From: an uncultured Thermoplasmatales archaeon
GTDB lineage: Archaea > Thermoplasmatota > E2 > DHVEG-1
Direction of reading: 5' to 3'
Assembly: GCA_964517155.1 (NCBI GenBank)
Contig: CAZFAZ010000037.1
Location: 1 to 42,070 of the forward strand
DNA length: 42,070 nt
Made by a program: the position numbers and the translations under genes. This document shows positions 27,808-37,885 of this stretch, in pieces; position 1 is the stretch's first letter, and each line of letters starts with the position of its first letter. The notes under the pieces were generated by a model, which was given only the letters and a program-made list of their open reading frames with translations, had not been told where the DNA came from and made no database searches.

Positions 27808-30548
27808 CTCCAGCCATCCTCCTCAGAATAATCCCCCCAATCTCCAACCATAAAACCCCAAGAAGGCACAACTGAAAAAGAAACTGTCGTAAAACCAAAT
27901 TTCAAGCGGGTGTTTCTACCTACTTTAATAGTATTTTCAAGGTTGTATACATCTTGCTCTTTTCGTACATATATCTGCGGGTCATGACCAAAAATAGGGT
28001 TAAAAATTGTTTCATCGCTACTGTCGACAACCTTGAATTCAGCGTATTCACCTTTAACATCTATAATCCATATATTAAGTGTTATAATCCATGGTGTAAC
28101 AGGGGTAGGTGGTAGAATTGGCAGACCTGTTGGACCTAAAGTACAGATGTTTCTAAGACCCATTGTTTGAATTGTTTTACCTTCAAACTCTGTTTTTTTA
28201 AAAGGCGTTAAATAATCAGGAGATTGGTCAACTGCAAGTTTTACTGTTTCGCCCCATTCAAGTTCATCGTTTTTATATCTTGATAAATCCATATCAAAAC
28301 CAAATGGAATAAAAAATTGATTTTGTAAAAAATTCATACCTTCACTTGATAATGTATCTTTTATATCTGATGCACTAAAGCCTTGATCTGTAACATGTTG
28401 TGTAATAAGATTATCAATTTGATTGTTTATTGCATTTTCAACTTGTAAAAAAACATTTTCGATGTCTTGTCGTACTTTATATACATACCAGTCGCGTACA
28501 TAGTATACTGCTTTGTTACCTGTGCTTTTAAACAAATCAGAATCAGCATATCTTTGTTTATCTAAGAAGTCATCAAGCTTATTGTCATATTTTTGAAGTA
28601 AATCAGTTTTTATAAGCTGTAAAAGCTCAAAGGTATTTGGATAATTTGTTGAATTAAGAGCAGGGTCTTGTTTGATTTCTGAAATCTGAGTATATATCTC
28701 TTCTAAAGAAAGCCACGCATTATCTTGAACCCAGCTTGGAACTGTACCACTTATTTTTTCGTTGTAATATGAACCTGAAATTTTCTGTAAAAGCTCAACA
28801 TAATTTGGAAAATAAAAAGAATAAAGATATGTGTTTAGAGTATCCTCAAGGTTTATATCATTATAAACTGTGTTTTTGTATAAAACATCAATTATGTCGC
28901 TTTCAGAGCTTTTATATTGTGAATAAGCACTAAGTATTACACGGAGGGTTACATCATCTTCTGTTTTTATGTCAATTGCAGTATATTCATACCAGGTATC
29001 ATTAATTTTTTTACTCCAAGTATGCTCTCTTTCAAAGACAAGATCATACACCTCACCATATAACGTACAACCTGGGGTGATAAAGCCTTTATCTGGCTTG
29101 TCAAAAGTCTGAGTAAGAGCCATAGAAACAAGACTCCAATCAGATGTACCATTGTCGATAGGATACCCTGTGTGATCCCCTATGCTAATAACTGGAGCTG
29201 AAAGATGCGCAACAGTTGTTTTAATACTAGCAGTATAAACATCTTGTAAAATTTCAGTTATTTTATCTACCGTAGTCTGATTTGTCTTTGTTTTTGCTTG
29301 GAGTAATTGTTCAAATTTATACCCTTGAGATTTATAATCATTTATAATCTGAGTGACATCTTCTTCTGTAAAAGGTGTAAAAATCTCTATTTTTATAGTA
29401 TCATCAGGTTTGCTTAAAACAACATATGCACTTTCCCAGTCATATAACGGCCTTTGTGCAATCTCAGAAAGATTAATCTCAGGACAATCATTTGTATCCT
29501 CTGGAACACTTGCAGGATCGGTAATATCTACCTCATTTGAAAAATCAGATGTAACTATCTGCAGGCCAGAAGGATCTGATAAATCAGTGTTTATTAAATC
29601 TGTTAAATCAGAGTCTTTGTTTTTCAATGTTTTATATGTATTATTTACAAGTTGGATAAGAGCCATCGGATCTGCACTTCCAAATGTAAAACTTTGTTCA
29701 AATAAAAGACCTGCATTTACAATAAGTGCGAGATGCTTATTATCAACAACATTTTCAGGATCCCCATTTTGGTAGTGTTGATAACCTCTTATAAGAGTAT
29801 ATAGGTTTGCGATAATTGTTGTAAAAGTCCACAGTTCATTTATACCATTAATTGTTTTATTATAATCTTTGTCAACAAGATTTCTAAGAAGCAAAAAACG
29901 TGAGGTCAAAATACATGAAACATCAATTTTTCTCTTTGTTAAAAATTGGCTAGGTTTACCAGTTTCAAGTTTTTTTATTTCAACTTCAACAGGTATAAAT
30001 GCCATATAATAACTTGGATGAGACACTTCACCAAGAGGTGTAATAAAAGGTATGCTCATCGGTCTTTTAAGTTTCATTTCAAGTTCTTCAAAAGAAATCA
30101 TATCACACGAATAAACAGGATAGCTCTGTCCTTCAGGAATTAAAATATTTACTGCATATTTACCGTCGTTAAACATTTCATAAAGATAATTACCAGTCAG
30201 ATAAACATTCATTTCATCCATTATTATTTCACGAACAAGGTTTTTGTTTACATCTTTGACAGTATCACCATAAACAGTTGAACCCGCTTCAAAAACAGGC
30301 ATTTCACCTATTTTTTTTAAACCTTTAAGACCAGCTATGTTTAAAGCAGTAGTCATATCTGCTTCTGCAAGGCGAAGAAGGTTTTCTACTTCATTAAAAT
30401 CAACGGTATCTGAAAGTTCAATGGTTTTCTCAGTTTCAAGTTTTGCAATATAAACAGTTGTCATACTACTTCCAAGAATTAAAAAAACACCTATAACTGA
30501 AAAAGGAACACGAGCATAATTATTTCTAATAATATCTTTAATTTTCAT
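27804..30548 (-). CDS. Large (914 aa) class III signal-peptide protein, candidate pilus adhesin or minor pilin
   Basis: RNNYA|RVPFSVIGVFLILG N-terminus; coupled to the upstream gene by an ATGA overlap. Confidence 0.65.
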   Translation of the reverse strand: MKIKDIIRNNYARVPFSVIGVFLILGSSMTTVYIAKLETEKTIELSDTVDFNEVENLLRLAEADMTTALNIAGLKGLKKIGEMPVFEAGSTVYGDTVKDVNKNLVREIIMDEMNVYLTGNYLYEMFNDGKYAVNILIPEGQSYPVYSCDMISFEELEMKLKRPMSIPFITPLGEVSHPSYYMAFIPVEVEIKKLETGKPSQFLTKRKIDVSCILTSRFLLLRNLVDKDYNKTINGINELWTFTTIIANLYTLIRGYQHYQNGDPENVVDNKHLALIVNAGLLFEQSFTFGSADPMALIQLVNNTYKTLKNKDSDLTDLINTDLSDPSGLQIVTSDFSNEVDITDPASVPEDTNDCPEINLSEIAQRPLYDWESAYVVLSKPDDTIKIEIFTPFTEEDVTQIINDYKSQGYKFEQLLQAKTKTNQTTVDKITEILQDVYTASIKTTVAHLSAPVISIGDHTGYPIDNGTSDWSLVSMALTQTFDKPDKGFITPGCTLYGEVYDLVFEREHTWSKKINDTWYEYTAIDIKTEDDVTLRVILSAYSQYKSSESDIIDVLYKNTVYNDINLEDTLNTYLYSFYFPNYVELLQKISGSYYNEKISGTVPSWVQDNAWLSLEEIYTQISEIKQDPALNSTNYPNTFELLQLIKTDLLQKYDNKLDDFLDKQRYADSDLFKSTGNKAVYYVRDWYVYKVRQDIENVFLQVENAINNQIDNLITQHVTDQGFSASDIKDTLSSEGMNFLQNQFFIPFGFDMDLSRYKNDELEWGETVKLAVDQSPDYLTPFKKTEFEGKTIQTMGLRNICTLGPTGLPILPPTPVTPWIITLNIWIIDVKGEYAEFKVVDSSDETIFNPIFGHDPQIYVRKEQDVYNLENTIKVGRNTRLKFGFTTVSFSVVPSWGFMVGDWGDYSEEDGWS

Positions 30549-31846
30549 CCTCTAACCTCCCAGATCATAAGTCTTACTTGGGCTTTATTTAACGAAATCT
30601 GATCAAAAAGCCAAGTAGAAATAAAATCATACAAATCTACAATATCAAAATCTGATAAAACAAAATCAATAAAATTTTGGATATAAACTGGAAAAACATT
30701 TGCAACTAACTTTGTTACTTCCTCTTTTATCATTTCTTCTAAAAAATTTAAACCTTCATCAAGTGATGCAAAAGAACTTCCAATAAAATCAGATATCTGC
30801 TCATTTATTTGTTCTGCAATACCATTAAAAATAGGATTACCGCCACCTCCAATGTCTGCAAAAAAGCTGTCAACTGAACCAAGAGCCTCACCCATAAAAC
30901 TGTTTATTAAATCATCAGTAAAAACATTTATCACAGAGTTTATACTACTAAAACCATAATCTATCGCTAGATCAACAATGCCTGGAAATAATAAAGTATT
31001 GTTTGAATCTTTAATGCCTCCTACTAAAAATCCTTGTACAAGTTTAGTTAAATTTTCATTTGCAGCTATGGTAGCATTGGTTTTATTATCAAAAGGTGGC
31101 ACACCTGCAGTATAACTGTTGACAATTGTAGTGATGTTTCCAACATTAGGAGTTTTTTTAAGTATTTCTTCTTCAACCCAGTATCTGGTAAAAGTATAAT
31201 TTTTCCCATTGAAACTAAAAGTTGGTTTGAAAGGCATCATAATAAAACTTTTTGAAACATAACAATTTGTATCTGGCGGGGTATCACCAATTTGAATTTC
31301 TCCACCAAATGTTACACCTTTTATAGGATGCCAAATTGCTGTAAAATTAAATTTGTATTTATCTGAGAGATAATCGTTGAAAAAATCCTGTGTTTCTTTT
31401 TTAAGTTGCCTGTCAAAATCTCCTGTAAATATATTAAATCGATTTGTTCCAAAAACTGAAATCGGCAGTCTTATTTGACATGCAAGGTTTTCTGCGATAA
31501 GGTTTGCATGTGTTTTATGAAGTTGCTCTCTTGCCAGAATCCAGTCAGTAATTGATTTATATAAACCATCTGAAGAATTATCAATACCTATACTTCCTGC
31601 AACGTCATCTATTAAATCACCTGCTAGTTTATAACTAAATTTATCCATTCTGGAGACAAGGTAAGTGTTTAATGCATTATCTGCAACATGCTCGCGATGT
31701 TTATCAATCGAGCCTTTTACAGCTATATCACTTTGAAGAGCGGGCAGAAGTACTACTGCTGAAAGGGATACTAAAACTAGAAAGAAAACTGCATCGTACA
31801 TCACCGCAAGAGCCTTTGTATTTTTTAAAAAAAATCTTTGTTTCAA
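30545..31846 (-). CDS. Class III signal-peptide pilin-like protein (433 aa)
   Basis: KNTKA|LAVMYDAVFFLVLVSLSAVVL N-terminus; TTGA overlap. Confidence 0.65.
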   Translation of the reverse strand: MKQRFFLKNTKALAVMYDAVFFLVLVSLSAVVLLPALQSDIAVKGSIDKHREHVADNALNTYLVSRMDKFSYKLAGDLIDDVAGSIGIDNSSDGLYKSITDWILAREQLHKTHANLIAENLACQIRLPISVFGTNRFNIFTGDFDRQLKKETQDFFNDYLSDKYKFNFTAIWHPIKGVTFGGEIQIGDTPPDTNCYVSKSFIMMPFKPTFSFNGKNYTFTRYWVEEEILKKTPNVGNITTIVNSYTAGVPPFDNKTNATIAANENLTKLVQGFLVGGIKDSNNTLLFPGIVDLAIDYGFSSINSVINVFTDDLINSFMGEALGSVDSFFADIGGGGNPIFNGIAEQINEQISDFIGSSFASLDEGLNFLEEMIKEEVTKLVANVFPVYIQNFIDFVLSDFDIVDLYDFISTWLFDQISLNKAQVRLMIWEVRG

Positions 31847-32334
31847 GAGCTCGTGCTCCAGAGTATTACGGTTAGTTTACCAGGTTTGGTTTGAGCCTCA
31901 TTTAAGTAAACACCTATTTCTTTGGAGATTGCTATTCGATTATAAACGCCATTTGGTAAATCGTCTGGAAAATCACTATAAGTATCAGCCCATTCTATTC
32001 TAACTACAAAATCTAGACCTGATTTTTTGTATTCTTCTTTTAAGTCAGCTAATAAATCCTTGCTTTCTTTAGTGTTTAAAAGAGGTATGCTTATAATTCC
32101 ACCTTCTTTTACAAAAGAGCAATCAGGGTTGGTAATTTTTGTTACAATAAAATCAGCGGTCGTATATTTTTCGATAGCATTTATTCTTATTTCATATGCG
32201 TTGTATGTATTGGTAATCAGAAGTAAAAAAAGCGTAAATCCTATCATCACGAGGGAAATGGCAGGTAGTGTTGTAAACTCCTCAGAAACTGCTTTTTCAT
32301 TTTTTATAAATTTTCTGAGAGTTTTGTTTTTCAT
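31843..32334 (-). CDS. Class III signal-peptide pilin-like protein (163 aa)
   Basis: KNEKA|VSEEFTTLPAISLVMIGFTLFLLLI N-terminus. Confidence 0.7.
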   Translation of the reverse strand: MKNKTLRKFIKNEKAVSEEFTTLPAISLVMIGFTLFLLLITNTYNAYEIRINAIEKYTTADFIVTKITNPDCSFVKEGGIISIPLLNTKESKDLLADLKEEYKKSGLDFVVRIEWADTYSDFPDDLPNGVYNRIAISKEIGVYLNEAQTKPGKLTVILWSTSS

Positions 32335-32681
32335 GTAAATCCCTTCTTTTTCAAAACAATAATTTTTTATTTTATCTTTAAAATAAAATCTAGATATTTA
32401 ATATATAATAAATGTGTTATTTTTATAACAAATTATTTATTAAAATTGTATATACGAGACAAAACACTCTGGTTTTAAGTATGATACCTGTTTTCAGCAA
32501 AATAAAAACAAAACAATAAGTATTTGGCAGTATACAAACAAATTAGTCTTATTCTAATATTATTATAATAAATTTATTAAAATTATTACATAATATTATT
32601 ATACTTTTGCAACATGAAAATATAAGTTAAAAAATTAACAAAACAAAAAAACCTGTTACAAAAACAGGGGGATAAAAAAAT

Positions 32682-33140
32682 ATGAAAATTAGAAGAATTA
32701 AAACAAACGAAAAGGCGCAGGTATTAGGTCTACCAATGTATCTCATAATAATAATGATTGTCGCAGTAGCAGTAATAGCAGCAGTAATTATGATGATGCC
32801 GCAAGGTACAAAAATGATGGATGCACAAGTAATGTCTGGCTCTGTAGCAAAAGGAAACGGCAATGTTGGAGACCTCGATATAGATTCTTTTACTGTAACA
32901 ATAAAAGTAACAACAGATGATGACCGAAGAGATCCTATAGAAGGAGCCGTAGTAAGATTATCAGGTGCACATGATGCAGCAGAATCGCTTCCAACAGGCA
33001 CAGATGGCATTGCAACAATAACACTTGCTGAATGCAAACTTGACTCAGGTATTAATGAAGCATACATAAAAATGACTGTGAAAGCCTCAGGTTATGAAGA
33101 CTTTGAAGAACCCAAAGCAGTAATAGTTTACAGAGGATAA
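32682..33140 (+). CDS. Type IV pilin-like protein, candidate major pilin
   Basis: NEKA|QVLGLPMYLIIIMIVAVAVIAAVI; GGGGGA SD; beta-sandwich C-terminal domain. Confidence 0.75.
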   Translation: MKIRRIKTNEKAQVLGLPMYLIIIMIVAVAVIAAVIMMMPQGTKMMDAQVMSGSVAKGNGNVGDLDIDSFTVTIKVTTDDDRRDPIEGAVVRLSGAHDAAESLPTGTDGIATITLAECKLDSGINEAYIKMTVKASGYEDFEEPKAVIVYRG

Positions 33141-33224
33141 AATTAAATCTATTTTATCCAAAAACAAGAAGAATAAAAAACTTTTGCGTTTAATAATTTT
33201 ATTGTTTTGGGCGGAGAATAAAAA

Positions 33225-33902
33225 ATGTTAGTTAACAAAAAAAACCACAAAAAGAAAAACGAATCAAAAATAGTTGAAGACAACATACAAGCCATGCGAA
33301 GCTGGGTTAGAAAAATAGAACAAACAACAAGCAGTATAAGCTCACGATTATCTGCCGTTGAAAAAAGAATTTCAACACAAAAAATAGATCCTGCAAAACA
33401 TTCAATCTCTGGCGTAACAATAATAGAAGGACCAATTGAAAAAGTAATATCTGAGTTAAAAGAAAACGGTAAATCAGAAGAAAAACTAGATTATATTTTT
33501 GGCGTAGTCGACAATGAATTTTCTATGCTACAGGATGAAATCGACACCCAACAAAAAAAACTAAACGATTTTGCAGATAAAATTCAGCAGATAAATAGAT
33601 ATATACACGGACTAGAAGACAATCTTAAAAAAACTAGAGAAATAGAAATAAAATTTTTAACTAATTTTAGACAACGCATAGAAAAAATTGAACACTCTGC
33701 ACCACCAGTTATGAAAATAGGTAAAATAGAAGTGCCAATCGAAATCTCTGGATTAATAGCAGGTTTTATTGCAATAACTGCAGCAGTATTTGTAAACTAT
33801 GAAATGACTGAATTATTAATAAGCCCAGTTTTTTTAGGCACAATAGGACTTATCTTTATTGCATCTGCATTGTTTAAAAGTATTAAAACAAGACCCAGTT
33901 AA
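33225..33902 (+). CDS. Coiled-coil protein with two C-terminal TM helices
   Basis: Heptad-like charged segments and a hydrophobic C-terminal hairpin. Confidence 0.7.
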   Translation: MLVNKKNHKKKNESKIVEDNIQAMRSWVRKIEQTTSSISSRLSAVEKRISTQKIDPAKHSISGVTIIEGPIEKVISELKENGKSEEKLDYIFGVVDNEFSMLQDEIDTQQKKLNDFADKIQQINRYIHGLEDNLKKTREIEIKFLTNFRQRIEKIEHSAPPVMKIGKIEVPIEISGLIAGFIAITAAVFVNYEMTELLISPVFLGTIGLIFIASALFKSIKTRPS

Positions 33903-33915
33903 CAGTGGTTTTTAA

Positions 33916-34368
33916 ATGGATATGCAAAAATATGAAGGTTTAACTAAAAATAATTATGCAGTTATAGGACTTCCTTTAAGATTAACTGTTTCAATTGTTA
34001 TTGGGACAATAGCACTTTCTTTTATTCTTCTTTACATATTAAATCCATGCATATTCCCAGGAAAGATGATTATTTCAATCGATCCGCTGATAAATAAAAT
34101 ACCTTTGGATTCTGAGGAGTATGACTTTGAAATAAATATAAATGTAAAAGATAGACATGGTTACCCTGTTAAAGAGGCAAATGTCTTAGTTAGAGGTTTA
34201 GGTGATGTTTTTTCTAATCTTACAAATGAAAATGGAATAACAAAAATTCATATAAAACCCAGACTTCAAAAAGGTGTAAATGAAGGATATCTTGATATTG
34301 TTGTAAAAGCACAATGCCTTGAAACTTTCTCACAAAATAAAATGATAAAAGTTGTTAGGGGCAACTGA
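33916..34368 (+). CDS. Type IV pilin-like protein, paralog of 32682-33140
   Basis: KNNYA|VIGLPLRLTVSIVIG; shares the GVNEGY..VKA motif with the 152-aa pilin. Confidence 0.72.
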   Translation: MDMQKYEGLTKNNYAVIGLPLRLTVSIVIGTIALSFILLYILNPCIFPGKMIISIDPLINKIPLDSEEYDFEININVKDRHGYPVKEANVLVRGLGDVFSNLTNENGITKIHIKPRLQKGVNEGYLDIVVKAQCLETFSQNKMIKVVRGN

Positions 34369-34373
34369 TTTTT

Positions 34374-34865
34374 ATGAAAAACGCTGATGACAGAGCAGTA
34401 ATTGGAATGCCTGTTTATTTACTGGTTGCAATAACCACTTCATCAATTATACTTACTGTTTTTTCTTTATCTATCTTAAATATAACAAAAAACGCTGAAG
34501 TAGACTCTGTAAAAAAAGAAGTTGAAAAGATAGTATCTCAAGCAGAAAACATGTTTGAATACGCAGATAGCGGCACAGTTTTAACAATAAATGTTAACCT
34601 GCCAAATTCTTTAAATAAACTTGTTTTTGGCAGCCTTCCTCAAAAAAATGTTTTTGATGAAAAAGACATAATATTTGACGAAGACACAAATAACAACTAT
34701 TTTTTTGTAATGGACGATGGAACTACAAATGTATATTCTTCTAACGCAAGATTCACAGGTGAAAACATAGAACAAGCCTCTTTACTAAAATCAGGAACTT
34801 ATAACCTTGTGATTGAACTTATAAAAAACAAAGGTAAAACCTATGTCAAGATTTATCAAAAATAA
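34374..34865 (+). CDS. Type IV pilin-like protein
   Basis: DDRA|VIGMPVYLLVAI N-terminus. Confidence 0.7.
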   Translation: MKNADDRAVIGMPVYLLVAITTSSIILTVFSLSILNITKNAEVDSVKKEVEKIVSQAENMFEYADSGTVLTINVNLPNSLNKLVFGSLPQKNVFDEKDIIFDEDTNNNYFFVMDDGTTNVYSSNARFTGENIEQASLLKSGTYNLVIELIKNKGKTYVKIYQK

Positions 34866-35493
34866 TCAAGCATTTATGAGTTTAACATTCTCACAAATAG
34901 GTTTAATTATTGCGACAGGAATTCTGCTTTCTGCAGTTTTTTCAGCAGTTTTTTTAAACGATTGGCATAAAAACTCTGAATTAAATAATATTAGCTCACA
35001 TTTCTCAACTCTTATAGAAGGAATGGATACGTGTTTTTTTGAAAACAAAAAAACTTATTATTTTCCAGATAAAGACTATGAATATAATGCATTTATCTCA
35101 ACAGAATATATAACTTTAATTGCAAAGGGTAATTGGGATAATATAATATCTAATAAAATAAAAATTGTGAAAAAACCATTCATTTGTGGTGCAGAATCTA
35201 ATTGGTCTTCTGGCGAAGAGTTTCATGTTTTTCTAAATGATACATATGATAAATTTGGAAATGAAACGCATCCTATTTTTAAAAAAGATATAAATTCTGT
35301 TAAAAAAATGATATCTAATGACTTTGAGAATATGAGTTATTTTTATTCAACAAATCCATTAGAGTTTGACATTTATAAACCGGTTGAAATTGAAAAAATC
35401 TATATTTTTTATGACAATAATGATGATAAAAAATGGGATAAGACAAACGATGAAAAACAAAGCTTTATTTTAATTCATCAAAATGAAAATTAA
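34843..35493 (+). CDS. Type IV pilin-like protein
   Basis: KNNQA|FMSLTFSQIGLIIATGILLSAV N-terminus. Confidence 0.65.
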   Translation: MSRFIKNNQAFMSLTFSQIGLIIATGILLSAVFSAVFLNDWHKNSELNNISSHFSTLIEGMDTCFFENKKTYYFPDKDYEYNAFISTEYITLIAKGNWDNIISNKIKIVKKPFICGAESNWSSGEEFHVFLNDTYDKFGNETHPIFKKDINSVKKMISNDFENMSYFYSTNPLEFDIYKPVEIEKIYIFYDNNDDKKWDKTNDEKQSFILIHQNEN

Positions 35494-35536
35494 AAAAGAA
35501 AAAAATGTTTTTTGGCCACTTTATAAAATAAAAAAA

Positions 35537-36391
35537 TTATTTTTCTATACAATTCTTAAAAGTTTTAGCCATATTTACAAGAGAGCAGGCAACTGTTACA
35601 GGTCCTACACCACCCGGAACGGGGGTAATTTTACCTGCGATTTCTTTTACTTCTTCAAACTCAACATCACCCGTGATGCCATTAGCAGTTTTAACAATAC
35701 CTACATCAATTACAAAGCAACCAGTTTTTACATGTTCTTTTTTAATCAACTTTGGAACACCTGCGGCTGTGACAAGAATATCTGCTTTAGACGTATAATC
35801 TTTTAAATCTTTTGTAAAAACATGTGTTACTGAAACAGTAGAATTCCTGTTAAGAAAAAGAGCAGATAAAGGTTTACCAACGATATTGCTGTGATTTACT
35901 ATTACAACGTTTTTGCCTTGAAGTCTTATTTTTTCTTCTTCAAGAATTTTTAAAACAGCAAGAGATGTACATGGAATAATATATTCATCACCTCTTAGCG
36001 TCAATCCCATATTTAAAGGCGTTAATCCTTCTACATCTTTTTTTGGATTTAAAACATTTATTAGTTTATCTGAAGAAAGATGTTTTGGAATTGGAAACTG
36101 TATAAGTATACCATGAACCAGTTTATCCTCATTTTGTTTGATTATCAGATCAACAGTTTCTTTTTCAGATACATTCTCTGGTAAACTAATGTGATTAGAT
36201 TTAATACCTACTTTTTCACAAGCAGTATCTCTAAGCTTTAGGTATATATCAGATTCAGGATTGCTGCCTATTTTTATCGTAGTAATATTGGGTTTTATAT
36301 TATATTTTGATTTTAATTTTTGAATTTCAAAAGCAACATTTCTACGGATTTTCTCAGCTATTTTTTTACCATCAACTATTTCTGCAGACAT
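35537..36391 (-). CDS. folD: Methylenetetrahydrofolate dehydrogenase/cyclohydrolase
   Basis: KDVEGL, PCT, SNIVGKP and TPVPGGVGPVT motifs. Confidence 0.96.
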   Translation of the reverse strand: MSAEIVDGKKIAEKIRRNVAFEIQKLKSKYNIKPNITTIKIGSNPESDIYLKLRDTACEKVGIKSNHISLPENVSEKETVDLIIKQNEDKLVHGILIQFPIPKHLSSDKLINVLNPKKDVEGLTPLNMGLTLRGDEYIIPCTSLAVLKILEEEKIRLQGKNVVIVNHSNIVGKPLSALFLNRNSTVSVTHVFTKDLKDYTSKADILVTAAGVPKLIKKEHVKTGCFVIDVGIVKTANGITGDVEFEEVKEIAGKITPVPGGVGPVTVACSLVNMAKTFKNCIEK

Positions 36392-36424
36392 AAAAGCATC
36401 TAAAAAAGGAAATTTTACAACTGG

Positions 36425-37237
36425 TTATAAAGTCATTGGTTTACATCCAATTGCATAAAACTGTGGAAAAAAATTTAGTTGAACGCCTTCATCCAAGGAT
36501 TTAAGGTAATCATATTCCCATTTATCTATTTCTTTGGAAGAAAGACCTGCATCTTTTAATGCTTTCACATAAAAATCACGAGCATGTTGGTAATAAGATT
36601 TATCTTCTTCACAACTCCAGATGCGGTTATTGCCGATTCCTACTTTTGTATCAAGTCCTGCTCTTACAAATAAAAGCCTTAGTTTTCGACCAATATGCGG
36701 ATCTCCGCCACGTTTTTTAATTGCTTCTCCTGCAAAGACGGGATCAATTTTTGGGTTTTCTGGATAATGCAACTTGCCTCCATAATCTGGCTCAAGTGAT
36801 GCTAAAACAATACCACCTGGTTTTACAACACGAGCCATTTCACAAACTACTTTCTGAGGAGTATTTGCCCACATTAAAACAAGGTTGCATGTTACAACAT
36901 CAAATGTGTTATCCTCAAAAGGTAACTTTTCTGCATTTCCAACTTTTAACTCAACATTTTTAAAATCTTTAAGAACTTTTTTTGCAACGCATATCATATC
37001 TTCTGAACCATCAATTGCAATAACTTTACCTTTGGTAAGACGTGCTATATCACGTGTAACCATTCCTGAGCCGCAGCCGACATCAAGTATTAAATTTGCA
37101 TCTTTTAAATCAATTTCCAGATACAAAGGCAGTCTTTCTTCAGCAGTTTCCAATGCCTGCAGCTCTAATTTTTTTATAAAATCCTCAAAATCTTCTTTTG
37201 AACGTTTATGAAATTCTGCTTCTTTTGTAGGTTTCAT
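36425..37237 (-). CDS. Class I SAM-dependent methyltransferase
   Basis: ILDVGCGSG, LPFEDNTFDVV and RVVKPGG motifs. Confidence 0.92.
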   Translation of the reverse strand: MKPTKEAEFHKRSKEDFEDFIKKLELQALETAEERLPLYLEIDLKDANLILDVGCGSGMVTRDIARLTKGKVIAIDGSEDMICVAKKVLKDFKNVELKVGNAEKLPFEDNTFDVVTCNLVLMWANTPQKVVCEMARVVKPGGIVLASLEPDYGGKLHYPENPKIDPVFAGEAIKKRGGDPHIGRKLRLLFVRAGLDTKVGIGNNRIWSCEEDKSYYQHARDFYVKALKDAGLSSKEIDKWEYDYLKSLDEGVQLNFFPQFYAIGCKPMTL

Positions 37238-37329
37238 CTATTTTTCAGTAAAACGTGTTTTTGTATAAATTTTTCCGTTTCAGAACAAAAAAATTAATAA
37301 CAATTATATTATTTATCTAATGAATTGAG

Positions 37330-37845
37330 ATGTGGATGAATAAAAGATTATTAGATTTAGTAATAGTATGTAGTATATTATTAATATCTGCTTTAGCAGG
37401 TTGCATATCAATTGATCCAGATGAAGATACTACACCAAATGTCCCATATCCTTTATTTTCAAATGCTCAGGAAACATCATACAAAAACGATACAATCTGT
37501 AATATACTAAATGTTAGCTCTGATTTGAATAAAACCTTTTATGTTACAGATTCTAATATACTAGATATAGTCAACTGGTACGAAAACAAAGAAAACTTAG
37601 GGGATTATACTCTTCTTGACGGCGGACGTACTGGAATATCAACTACAAATATCGACCCTAACAACATCTCATATGGTTTTGTACAAGTTCATAAAAACAA
37701 TAAAACCCAAGGATTGTTTATATTTATAATAAAAGGATTAGAAGAAATGAATTTAGAAAAAGAAAATTTAATGGGCGTAGTAACGGGACATTGGGATTTA
37801 ATAAAAGCTTGTGAAAAAACCGGAAATTTTACTTCATTAAAATAA
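37330..37845 (+). CDS. Putative lipoprotein
   Basis: Hydrophobic leader ending in the lipobox LAGC; the start may be 37336. Confidence 0.7.
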   Translation: MWMNKRLLDLVIVCSILLISALAGCISIDPDEDTTPNVPYPLFSNAQETSYKNDTICNILNVSSDLNKTFYVTDSNILDIVNWYENKENLGDYTLLDGGRTGISTTNIDPNNISYGFVQVHKNNKTQGLFIFIIKGLEEMNLEKENLMGVVTGHWDLIKACEKTGNFTSLK

Positions 37846-37885
37846 GCACTATCTTTTAAATAACGATTTGTTTATTCTCTTTTTA

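Noticed and set aside
27007..35493. Pilin cluster as a tRNA-Pro-integrated island
   Set aside because: The cluster lies on the 5' side of the tRNA, and no integrase or duplicated tRNA-Pro end was seen.
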